The notes under the pieces are model-generated. The model was given only the letters and a program-made list of their open reading frames with translations, was not told the origin of the DNA and did not search any database. DNA of 64,000 nucleotides from positions 186,001 through 250,000 of the forward strand of contig CBFFRQ010000081.1 of assembly GCA_965644315.1 (NCBI GenBank), written 5' to 3'. Of the stretch, positions 10,001 to 22,000 are shown piece after piece; position 1 is the first letter of the stretch, and every line of letters starts with the position of its first letter. A program made the translations under genes and the position numbers. The DNA comes from Caecitellus pseudoparvulus (lineage: Eukaryota > Protista > Bigyra: Bicosoecida).

Positions 10001-13000
10001 GTCTCCGCTTGCCTGCAGCGCTGCAGCGGCGGTGAGCGTGGCGATATGCCCGATGGTGAGATGCGTGGGCACCTCCAGCAAGGCCTGGCCTCCCTCTTCG
10101 TCACCTGGCCGCGCTGGCAGGGACGCAAACACCCTGACACGCTTTGTCTCGATGTGCTCTGCTTGCAGCAAGTCTGCCACAGTGCTGGTTGTATGAACAG
10201 TGCGCACACCATTCGGCAGTAGCGGCGCAAGCCGGGCGACACCAACGAGCGTCGACTGGTGCCCCGGCGTACTCGCTGCCGAGGGAACGCTCAGAAGCAG
10301 TGACTCGCTGGCAATGGGTGCATCAAGCATCCCAGACGTTTGCGCGTGCCAGTCACGGGCTTGAGGCATGGCCTCCAACTCCACAGGGCCAAAAGTGAGC
10401 CGTGTGGGGTAGTACGTGCCAATCACGGGGTGGAGAGGCCCGACATCGGCGGGAAGATCAGAGCACAGCTCAATCTCGTCGCCACCTTCGCCACAGATGC
10501 TCAGTGTGCCAGCGTCCAGGTCGAGGGTCAGCTTGACTTGGAAGTTCTTGGACTTGAACAGTCCAGGAGGGAACTTGATCTTGTTCGAGCCGTCTGGGTA
10601 GTACAGAGTCTTGGATGCAGCTGAAACAATCCAGGCGTTGCTCAGTCCGTTGGGGGCGACTTGGCTAGACGACTGAGTCCCTGCGCCTGGCACTTGGCCG
10701 ACACCGAGGTACAGCTCGTGCTCCCTGTGGGCCACATCAACAGTCCAGGAATAGCGCCCTGAGCCGCTGAACCCAACAGAGGCAAACACCCAGCAGTAGT
10801 TGTAGTTGTTTGAGGAGAAGGACAGGTTGCTGTCCTCCAGCTTGACGTTGCCCAGCATGCTCTCTGGCATCAAGAATGCCTCAGAAAGGGCAGTCTCCAA
10901 AGCCTGTCGCACCTGCACCGCTTTCGTGTCTGCAGCGCTGTCAGGTGCTGCCTCGCGTACGAACGCTGCACCAACCGGGTCGCTCAGAGACACATGCACG
11001 ATGTCGCGCCCGGTGGCAGATTGAATCAGCAGCTGGTGGGCAAACGAGTTAAGCTCGGACAGAGTCTCCAGGGCTGTGAGCAACGTGCTGCCGACAATTT
11101 GTTGGTTCACTGCATGCTGGTTCACTGCCACCTCAAGTGTTTCCAACGCAGCTGTGTTCACAGCGTGAAGCGACCTGGAGGAAGCCTGGTGGGAGCCGGC
11201 AAGGCTGCTCGTGCTTATGTGCAGCAGGTTCGACATGAGCTGCGGCAGTACGTGCTGGCCAACATCCTCTTTGACTCTCAGGCTCCCCAGCATGGCGGTC
11301 TGCAACACTTCCAGCACGCGCACGAGGTTCAAGCTGGCGATGGAAGAGGCGTCCAACGTGGACAGCAGGGCAGGCACTGCCTCGACGAGGGAGCCAAGGC
11401 ACTTGCCTAGAATTGGGTCCTGTGGTGCCTTCGGGAAGGCACTCAAGAGGAAGCCAAGCTGCGAAAAGCCGGGGGCGACTTGGTCAATAGGCCGCCAGTC
11501 CATGCCGCTTGCCGGGAACAGAAGACCCTCAGCACTCTCTTGGAGTGGACCAATTCCTGGCAAAGCCTTGACTAGTATGGAGCCAGCCGAGCCGCGAAGG
11601 TCGGGACAGCTGACCAAGCTAAGGGCAACTTGCGAGCAAGACGTGACCAACGGGGAGGCAGCTGGCAGACGTCCTGCCACTTCCAGCAGCATGGCCGCGA
11701 AGTCCTCCGATGGAGGCGTCAGTCCAGGCAGTGCCGTCTCCAGCCTGACACTGCCGTTTCCAGAAACCAACTTGATTCCCAGAGCAAGGGCGCGCAAAAA
11801 CGCAGGCAGAGATGCCGGCGGGGACTCAGACACCAGTCCCTGACTTGCCCACGCCCACAGCATGTGCACAAGCTGGCCACTAAAGGACAGTGGCACGGCA
11901 GCAACAAGGTCTCGGGCCAGAGTTGCTGCTTGGGCAGGTGGCTCTGGCAAGGCCAGCACCTCTTGCAGCATTTCCTGCGCAAGGGAGGGTGCGTGCTGAG
12001 CCAGCAGCGAGACCACTGCTCGCGCCTGCTCGCCCAGAGAAGACTGACCCATGTGCGGCGCCAGGCCACGGGCGAGGGGCAGGACAGCGTCTCGGGAAGC
12101 ACACAGCGCGGCAGTGACCCCGGGGAAAGCCTGGCAAACTGCGTGGAAGAGGTTCAACGCCAAGCCAAAGGGTGCCAGAGTCGATGCTGGCGTCCCAACT
12201 GATGCCACACTCAGGGAAGCTCCCAACACCCCAACCTTGCGAAGCTGGTACACAGCACCTGGTTCACCCTGCAGCCTGACAGTCACGGCAGGGGCAGCAA
12301 TGGCCCCAGGCAAGCCAAGCGTGACAGTAACCATCTTGGCTGTCATGTGCAGTGACGAGGCGTCCGAGGCGGTGGACAGCGCAGCTGTCGCCTCAATGCC
12401 AGCCGCCTTGCCCTGGGTCCCCATGCGCTTAGCAACAGAGGCGGCAGTGGCGGCACGCATGGCCTCGCCAACCTCCATCAGGGCCACCGGGGTCATGTGG
12501 GTCTCACCCACCCTGGCTGCCTGGCCGACATCGGCAAACACCGTGTCAGGAACGCTTCCGCCATCGCCGCGGTCGAAGGACAGCTGTACTCTGGACACCA
12601 CCCGCGCTGAAGGGAAAGCCAGCGTGAAAGAAAATGCACCGTCGGCACCTGCGACCAGGAGAGCCTCGTCCGCCTCGACTTCCTCAGCGGGCTCGGGGAC
12701 TGGGCTTGGAGGGGGCGTCATCGCCCCCCCCATCTCTGCAAGCATGGCCATGACTGCGTCGGACTCAGCAACGGTCGCGCTGGCGCTGCCTGTGGATGTC
12801 CAGCTGGCCAGCTGGGGAGGCGCCGGCACGGACAGGGGTGGAGCGAGGGTCGCTCCTGGGCCCAGCTGCACAGGCCCAGACTCGAAAGCCACTGTGGCAA
12901 CTTCAGAGGCAAGGCCTTCCTCCAACTCGAACAAACAACCGTACTTGGTCATGGAGTCAGGGACAGCTCCGCTCCTGCGGTGGGCGGAAGCACCAGCAGA

Positions 13001-16000
13001 CCCAGCAACGGCTGCTGCCGCCTTTTGTCGCAGGCTGTGCACAAGCCTGTCCAGGCTCGCCTTGTTTCCTGAGCTCCGCAAGACGGTTGCCTCAGCGATG
13101 CACTCGACGGGTGCAGCTCCAGAGCTGGAGGGCTCGCCAAAGAGCTGCACGGTGGCAGCAGAGGCTTCGGCGAGGTCAGGGTCTCCGGAGCTCTGGGCGG
13201 CGCCTGCGAGGTGTGGGATGGAGGGGGCCAGCTCTGCAGCCACATCACCCGCCTCGTCTTCCGACCGTACAAGTCGTCGGCACACACAAGCGACGGGTGC
13301 AAGGGCCACTGACTCATCCAGAGCCAGCGTCGCGTCTCGCATGATGGAGAGCGCCAGGCGCAGCATGGACTTGCGCCCATACAGGTCACTGCCCACTTCC
13401 ACGGTGAGGAGGGCTAGCACTTGCCAGGCCAGGTCTCCCAGAGCTGAAGACTGAGGCCCCTCTTCCTCTGCCGGTGGCGCTTCCTTCATGCCAAGGGACC
13501 GAAGAGAAAGGGCAATGGCGGAGGTACCGTCATCGTCCAGGGAGTGGCCGCACAAGGCCAAGGCAGAGGGGACGGCAGGCACCGCGAGCCACTTAAGCAG
13601 CTGCAGCCCCAGCGGCTCTTCGCCTGCTTCTTCCGACAGCGCGATGGCAAAGTCGCTCACGAGCGCCTGGCAGGTGGCGCTGGACTCCAGCCATGTGGTG
13701 GCAAGTCTCGCAGCTCGTGAAGCAGCCTCCTGTGCGCTCACCTCACCGAGGGCGCCAGTCTCGACCCCTGTGCCGACAGTCGCCGACCCTTGCTTCTCCA
13801 CCAGCAGCTCAGTGATCAGCGCTCCTTGAGGGGTGCCTTCCTGCACGGTAGAGGCCCCGTGGACAAGCAGGGGCGCTAGAACGCGAGCTGGCAGATCGAA
13901 GGCAGGCATGGACATGCTAGCCCTCAGCAGTCGCAAAACGTCTGCGAAGAAGAGCAACGTGCTTGACTGGATGGCTGTCTGCCGGCGCAGGGTCAGGCTG
14001 AGAGTGGACAGCATGGAAATCATGGCTGCCGCGGAGGCGCCCTTGGCCGGGCAAGGCGAGCAGCGGTAAGCTTGGGTGAGGCTGTTGACAAGGGCGGAAA
14101 AGAGACCCCGGCTGCCGGACTCAGGGGCGCCTGGCCCTTGGCTGCTGACCACCTCCGGCAAGGTTGTGGCCAGCATTTGCAGCAGGCACAGCTGCAAGCT
14201 GGCGCTGGTGGCAGAGGAGAAGCCGAGAGCTGAAGCAGCATCCCCTCGCAGCAGCACTTTTCGGGTCAAAGCAGAGATGCTGTCCCGCACCAGGTGCACG
14301 ACTGTGGGTGGGGCTCGGAGCGCACCACGCAGCAGGGATGCCAGTGCCTGCCCAGCAGCCTGGCCACCCGAGCCGCCACCCGATGCGGCCAATGCCTCCA
14401 CGAGCGTAGCAGGGGTCGTGTACGCTCGAAGCAGGTCGCTGGCCAACGACCACACGCTGGCAGTGTTGACAGAGGCGAGCGGCGTGCGTCGCAGGATGGA
14501 CAACACAGCGCATGCAGTCTGGATGCTCATGCCCTCCGATACACTGTGCAGGGCCAGCGCCTGGGCAGCCCGGCGGTGCTGAGATGCAGGCGGCGTCAGG
14601 CTGTCGCCGCCGCTCACGATGGCCCCCACTGACATCTGTGGGCGCAGGGGTACGCTTGCCCCGGGAGCAGACGTGTGGCGAGCCAGGGTGGGCGGCATGG
14701 GTGGAGGGGCGCCCGCTGCAGCGGCAGCTGCAGCAGTGGCTTGCTTGCGTGCAGCTTGCGCCAATTTCACAGCTGAGCGCGCAGTGGACAGCGTGACGTG
14801 CAGCAGGTGCAGCACAAATGTCACGTGCTTGGGCACAGAAGGACGCTGCAGCACACCACACAGCAGCCCTTGCAGCGCAGCACGCGTGCTCTCGGCAGTC
14901 CTTCCTTCGCAAGCCCCTGACACAAGCTCCCGCATAGCCGAACGTGCAAAGGGGTCGGGGGCGTCAGCCACTGACGCCAGCAGGTCCCCAAGACACGCAT
15001 TGCTGGCCAGCGCGGCAGACACTTCCCGCTGCGGCAACAGCTTCAGGAGCTGCTGCAGCAAGTTGCATGCGCCCAGGAAGAGCGGCCTGTTGAGCGGCGA
15101 GGCATGTCGCTGCATCAGGCTCATGGCCAGACTGATGGCCGCTGTCGGGGACTGGAACGGCCCCAAGGCCAGCATGGAACCACCGCCCGAGGACGGCGTG
15201 GCGCCCATGGACTGCGCCCTGCTGAGAGCAACAGGCCCTGAGGGAGGCGGCAGCAAAGCGGTTTCCGAGTCCTCCTCGGAGGATGCGCCGACCCCTGTGC
15301 CCGAAGCAGCCACTGCGTCCACAGCCTCCACTGCCACCTGCAGCAGCTGCGACAGCAGCGTGCATGTCCACGAGGTCAGTCGGGTGTCGCCTGCCTTGTG
15401 AGCTCGCTGCAACACTCCGCCCAGCGCCGCTGGAAGGGGCAGGCCAAGGAACGCTTGCCGAAGGGCCCCCGCACTCGTGGAGGAGACACTGCTGAGCTGC
15501 TGCCGCAGCAAGGCCTTGGCGCACGTGAACAGTGCCTGCACAAACACGCGCTCGCCGGCAGGCATTGCCCCCGTGCCTCGGCCCAGGTGCGTCACCAGAG
15601 CATTCGCCACCCATTCGCCCATGCCGCCGTCGTGTGTGGAGCTGTCCGCACCAGCCTTGGCGGTGACAACTGCCGCAATCATGGCGCCGGCCGCGCGCCG
15701 AGACGCACGGGAAGGCGGCGTGGATGCGACAAATGCGCGCAGCATGCAAGTGATGTCTGCCGCTGACAAGCGACGCAGTGACGCAGTGACCCAGGAGGCT
15801 CGACCGCCTGCTCGGTGCAGGGCGCCCCACAGGCCCAGCAACACCTCAGAGTGCCACGCAACAGCCTCTGCAGCTGCGCTGGGGTCGTTCAAGGCGGCCA
15901 GGGCGGTGACATCCTCCACCGCCGCGACCCCTTCCGCCGAGCCGTCCTCGCCCAGGGACTGAGCACGCAGCCTCTGAGTGCGGAGGTAGGACAGGCGGGT

Positions 16001-19000
16001 GAGGGCGATGCTGAGGTCTGGGCCCGCTTCCTGCTGCAGGACCTTGCAGGCCTCAGCAACTGCCCGAGCGTGGGTGCGCAGGGGGTGGCTGAGAGGCACA
16101 GCATCGAAACCGTCCACTGGCAGCCACCCTTGTCCCCCCGTGGACACGGCGGCGGACGCGAACGCCTGCAGCGCAGAGGTCAGTGCACTGCGGGCAGCTC
16201 CAAAACGGGTGTACGCATCGGCCACTTCCCATTCAGCGGCTTTCTGGGCTTCGGCCAGCAAGGCGCCCTCGCGGGTCATGCCGTCAGCACTGACCGGCAC
16301 GTACTCCCCGTCGACACCGAACGGCACGAGGGAGATGTTGAAAGACCCCCGTACCATGGGCAGGTCCGAGGCCTGCACGCCGAGCGGTGCCTGCCCAGCA
16401 GGGGCGGGGAGCGCGCCAGCTGCGGCCCCGCCAAGGCCACCCTGCGACACTGGCATGCCGGCCTTGGCAGCTGCAGCCTCGATGGCAGACAGCTTCGCTT
16501 GCATGGCGGTGTGCTTTGGGTTCTTCAACTTCTTCGATAGCTTGCCCTTCTGCATGGATCCAGACACCTTACCACCGGGGCCTGACCCAAACATGGTGTG
16601 CATGGTCGGCGTGGGGGGGAGAGCAGACTTTGCGGCTTTCCACTTGGCCATCAGGCCAGCCTTCTGCAGACTCGGGTTCTTTTCCGCCTCAACAGCTTGA
16701 GACAGCAGCTTCATGGTCTCAGCTTTCGCTGCTTGTTCCATTTTCGCTGCCTCGGCCATCGCTGACTTCTTCTTCAACACCGTCAGCTTCGCTTGCAGTT
16801 CCTCCATCTTCCCACCCATCGCCTGCACCATCGACGAAACTGGCCCTGCTGCTGAGCCCGCAGATGCGTCGGGGGTCTCCTCATCGTCTGCTTCAAGCGC
16901 AGGGGCAGCAACTGTTGTGCGTTGGGCTGGCGCCTTTTCAAGCCGGTGAGCGACGGAGTACTCCACCAGCACGTAGCGCACGAGGGCGGGGCGCTCCACA
17001 CCGGAGCAGCCGTTTGACATGAGGACCCTGCCGGCAGCGGAGCCTGGCTGGTCAAAGCCATTCAGCACCGCCACATCCGACACGCCGACACGCTCGCTGC
17101 CTCCCTGCAAGCCTAGGTCCGTCGCTGGCAGCCCATGATGCTGCAGCCACAAGCCTGCCCCAGCGTTGCTCATGCTCTGCAGGCTACTCCCCGTCATGGC
17201 AGAAGGCCGCTGTAAAACGCGCGCATAGGTGCTCTTGGCGCTGCCAGCGGCGCCGGGGATGGCTAAGGTGCCCAGCGGGTGCCCAGCCGCGCCAGCCCGC
17301 GGAACCAGTTGCCCAGACTTGCCTGACGTGGTCATGCACTCTACCCGCATGATCTTGCATGCTGTGCCGTTGCTTGTCAGGAAACAGACGGGGTAGTACG
17401 CCTCGCCACTCTGCAGGGGCAACTTCTTGCACAACACGGCTGGCTTGCCCTTGCGTTTGCCGTCTTTGGTGCAGATCTGCCACAGCAAGCGCCCTTGCTC
17501 CAAGTCCACAGTCACAATGCCACTGCCGCCTGCAGGTGCAGGTGCCACCGCCTTGGTGGCCTTGCCCAGATGGCACTGCCCTGACCCCAAGCACACTGTG
17601 CGTGCAAAGTCGCTCTGGGAGAAGTCGTTCATGATCTTGCCCCAAGTCATGCCAGGGCGCCACCGCACAACGCCAACATACAGGTACATGTTCCCGTTGT
17701 TGATGTGCTTGGATCCTTGTGGCCCGTCCACCTTACTCACGCGGCCAAATTCGATCTCCCATTTTCCATCGGACATTGGACAGTCCACTGACGCGAAAGA
17801 CATGTTGGCCTGCGAACAGTACATGAGCGTGTTGTCCTGCAGCAGCTCCACGTTGCTGCTGAAGAAGGGAGGGGTGCTACCCTTCTTGGTCAGTTGGTCG
17901 CCCATTTGCCCCCACTCTGCGCGAGCACTGCTCAAGTCAGTCGACGCGCCAACTTCCACCGGGGGCTCCATGAAGCCGGTCACTTGCACGGTGCCACAGG
18001 CGTCGGCTCCAAGCTCTGCCAAGGCACTCAAGTTTACACCTCGCACGTGCACAGGCCTGCCCAGATCCAGCCACGTGCTGCGCACGTTCTTCCCGGGGGT
18101 GGACACGACGTTGGAGGCTTGGATGTTCAGAGAGCCCTGAGTCTGCGCTTTGCGCAACTTTTCCACAATTGGATCCGAGGCATCTCCCTTGGCAGCTGCC
18201 ACTGCGGCTGCGAGCTCATCCTTGCTCACGATGCCGTCCACACGTGCCAGGCCACTCACGCCAAGCACCTTGGGTGCAGCTTTAGTGGAGCCTTCGCCCG
18301 TGATGCCGAGGCACGGCACTGTAGAAGGGTCGACACTGCACCAAGGCGAGTTCAAGGGTCTGGCCAAGACGCCAAAGGCTGCAGCCAGCGTGGAGTGCTC
18401 CTTGAGGTACGGGTCCCCAACACCTGCAACCTCAGCCAGCTTCAGCAACATCTTCTGCACCCTGGCAGCAGCAGCCGCCGGGCGCAGAGACCTGCGCACA
18501 ATGACAGCCAGGGCTGGGATGGTGGCTCGGTGGGGTGGCAGCGGCTCCCCCAGCAGCAGGCGCTCCATGCTTGCCAGCGCCGTCTCCACGATTGCATCGT
18601 GCACGCCGTGCACTTGGGCTGGGCTGGCATCCAGGCCTCCGTTGGCTTCCACACCTGCGATGAGGCTGCACAGGAAGTGCATGGCTGCCGTGGTGCCAGA
18701 AATGGACGTGTTCTCCACGACGTTGGCCAACGTGAAGGCCGCCCAGTCGGCACCGGCCCAGGGTGCTGAAACGGCTGTCGTGCTCGGCGCTCCTGGTGAG
18801 CCGGGTGTGGCTCTCGCGGCGACTGCAGCAGCCATTTTCGGTTGCAGGGAGGTGGAGGCAAGCAGGATCTCAAAGGCCATCGCACGAGCTGAGTCCTCCA
18901 TGCCCCGTGCGTTGGTGCCGGGCAGTGCCAGAGCGTCCCACAGAGACTGCAGGAAATGGGGCGACGACAGGTGGGCTTGCTGCTTGGCCATGTACGCAAG

Positions 19001-22000
19001 GGCCTCTGCCGCAGAGAGGGTGGCAAGAATGGACAAGCCAGGTGCAGCGGAAGTGACCACTGCAGGGCTCTGCCGCCCCCCAAGACTCACGGTCACCGAG
19101 TCCAAACCTGAGATGTCAGGTGCCTGCAAGGCAGTGATGGTGACGGTGACGGTGCTGGTCGGGACAGGGTTCATGCGTGCACGCAGGCCGTTGACACTGC
19201 AGGGAGTGGGGGGCACCACTAGGGCGGCAGCAGAGGCAGACGACGTGGGCGCGGCGAGGGCCGTGGCTGCCCCGCTTGGGGCCGCCCCCTCTCGCACCAG
19301 GGTATCCAGTACCAACTGTTCCAGGTCGGGCGTGCTGGGAGGGGCGCCTTGCCCATACCCCGTGAGGAGGGGCTGGGCGCTGACCGTGACGGCAAAGGCA
19401 TTGGACTCCCCCATGGAGGGCGCGCGGGCCATCTCCCACTGCATGCTGCCCACGGCTGGCGCACCAGCTGGCAGGAGGAGGTCGCCTGCGTGGGCGGCAC
19501 CTTCGGCTGCAGCCCCGCCGCCCAGCGTCGCAGTGGGAGCCACCGGCACACCCGCCACACCGTGCAGCAGTGCGCCAGGGGGCAGTTGCAGAGGGCCCAA
19601 GCGCCGCAGCAGGGAGGTGGCAGTGTCGGTGAGGGGGAACCCATCCACGAGCAAGCCAGGGAATTGCAGGGCAAGGGCGGTTTCGCTGCTGCGACGGGAG
19701 GTGCTGGACTGCGCCGCCGTCAAGGCACAGCGCCATAGGCGCACATGCGAGATGCTGCCCTGCCACGTGCGCCCACTGCCGTCCCAGCCAATCAGCAGCC
19801 CCTGGCCAAAGGCCTGCGAAGGCTTGGTGGGCAGGTCTGCAGCGACGGAGGCCGCTGCCGACGCCGCCAGCTCCACTGCCACAGCTGCGTCGCCAGCCTG
19901 CTCAGCCAACTCCTGCGTCAGCGCTTCGCCGGCACCGTCGCTCAGCAGCGTCACTTGTTCGGTGCTCTGCAGTTCCACAGTTCCAGTTGTGGGCGGCGAG
20001 CCGGCGTCGGCATTCTGTGCGGTGTAGCTGCCGCGCAGCACACCGGGTGCCTCGTCGCCGGCATCGCCCTGAGCTTCGTCGCGCAGCTGGAGGACCTCGC
20101 TGGACCCATCGGGATGCTCGATGACCAGGGTGAGGGAGTCACTGCCCACGGCAGCCTTGCCAACAATGGCCTCCGGTGGCACCATACCCGAGGCTAGCGC
20201 ATCAGGGTGCATGGCTGCCAGAGCGTCGCGGTGCTCCGAGTCGACGACATATGCGACCAGGTCGGAGCCAGTGTGCGCGTTCGCCAGCACGATGTGCAGA
20301 CCTGCCGTGTCGGCACCGTCCACTGACACGGACGCGCGCCAGTGCCCAACGTACTTCTCGGCCCCAGTGGACTTGGCCCGGCCAGACAAGCCGCGTGGAG
20401 CAAAGCGGCGCACGCTGCCCAAGTTGACACTGTCCAGCTTTGTCGGCTCAGAGGTGGCTTGCCCGTCCACGGCCACGCGGATCTTCTTCTGCACGCCGCT
20501 CACCGTCATGGACACGTGGTGCCAGCGCTGGGGCTGCAGGGTGGCTGCACCACTCGTGCAGGGCGTGGCACACATGCGCATGTACCCTTTCCGGGTGCGC
20601 CCGTATACGACTGCCGTCACATGGCCGTCCCTGCCCGCCAGCAAGGCAAACTCTGGGTCCAGCATGCACGCTGCGTCCTCTCCAAGTGGCCGCGTCAGCG
20701 TCCCGCATGCGATGGGCAGCAGCTCGGGCGGGGAGGTGGGGGGCTCCCCAATGCCCACCGCAGCAGTGGCCAGGACGGTGTGCCGGTTGTACCGCAGGCG
20801 CACCTCGTACTGGCCCGTGGATGTCGGCATCATGTCAGCTGGAATGAAGGCCGTGCCGCCCGAAGCGGCTGCTCCGCTGATGTTCACGGAGGCGGTTGTG
20901 TCGCCTGGTGGTGAACCGGCAGGTGCTAGGACGAGGGAGAGTCGGGTTTTGGCATTCTTCCTCTTCACCCGGGCAGTTTGAGGGTAGGGCGTGAAGTGCA
21001 CTTGCAGCTCGGTGCTGGGCGGCAGCATACGCGGGGCCAGCAGCAAGAAAGCATCACCGTTTGGCCCACGCACACTGTACTCGGCAGGGCCGGAGGCGGC
21101 AGCGCCGCCGCCTGCGCCCTTGCGCTCTCCTCTGCGGTTGCGTCGAGAGCCACGTCCCCGTGTACGGCGGGGTTCGTCAGAGGCTGCTGCAGGGCTGGCA
21201 TCTGCGGCATCTGAGCGCGTGCCCACGCCCGCCTCCAAGGCGCCAGTGGCGCCCTCCTCGGCTTCGGCATCCACCCCTGCCTCGCGCCCGCCCAAGAGCC
21301 AGTCCGCACGCACGAACGCCTCCACGGAGAAATCCCGCGTCGACGGCAGTGGCACAGCGTACGAGAGGCCGGGAGTGTTCTGGCCGTCGAAAGCGGGAAC
21401 AATGGCGTCCTTGAGGCAGGGCATGCCAGTTGGCGTGACGCTGACGTCAGACACTGCCATGGGCTGCGCCAGGCCCAGCGTGAAGGACAGCGTGCGGAGG
21501 GGGGCGGCAGAGGTGCGCTTCGGTTGTGCAGTCGCAACAGGCACGAGGTTGCCGTCGGCATCGGCGACCACCTCGTCTGCAGACGTCGCGGCGGAGGCTT
21601 CCGCTGCAGACGTCGCCTCCACCATGGACAAGGACTTGGCTGAGATGATCTGGGCTGCAGCGTCGTCAGTGAGGCTCAAGCCTGCACGGGCAGCCTCACT
21701 GCCTGCCGTCCACAGCAGGGTGGACATCTTGGCGGCCAGCTCTCCCGAAGCTGACACGGTGCCGTCCACATACACATCTTGCGAGTCAGAGATAAAGCAC
21801 GACCCCGATTCAGGCTCGCGCAGCACAGAAAACTGCCCCCCCCGTTTCGGGTTGCGGGCAGTCAATGCGCTCAGGTGCTCCAGAGTCACAGGGGCGGGTG
21901 CATCCAGCTCAGAAGAGGAGGCCTCCGCCGAGTGAGGGTCCTCGGCACGTGCGACCTGCTCAGCGACGTCGGGGTGCACCAGCTCGCCGAAGTGCAGTGC

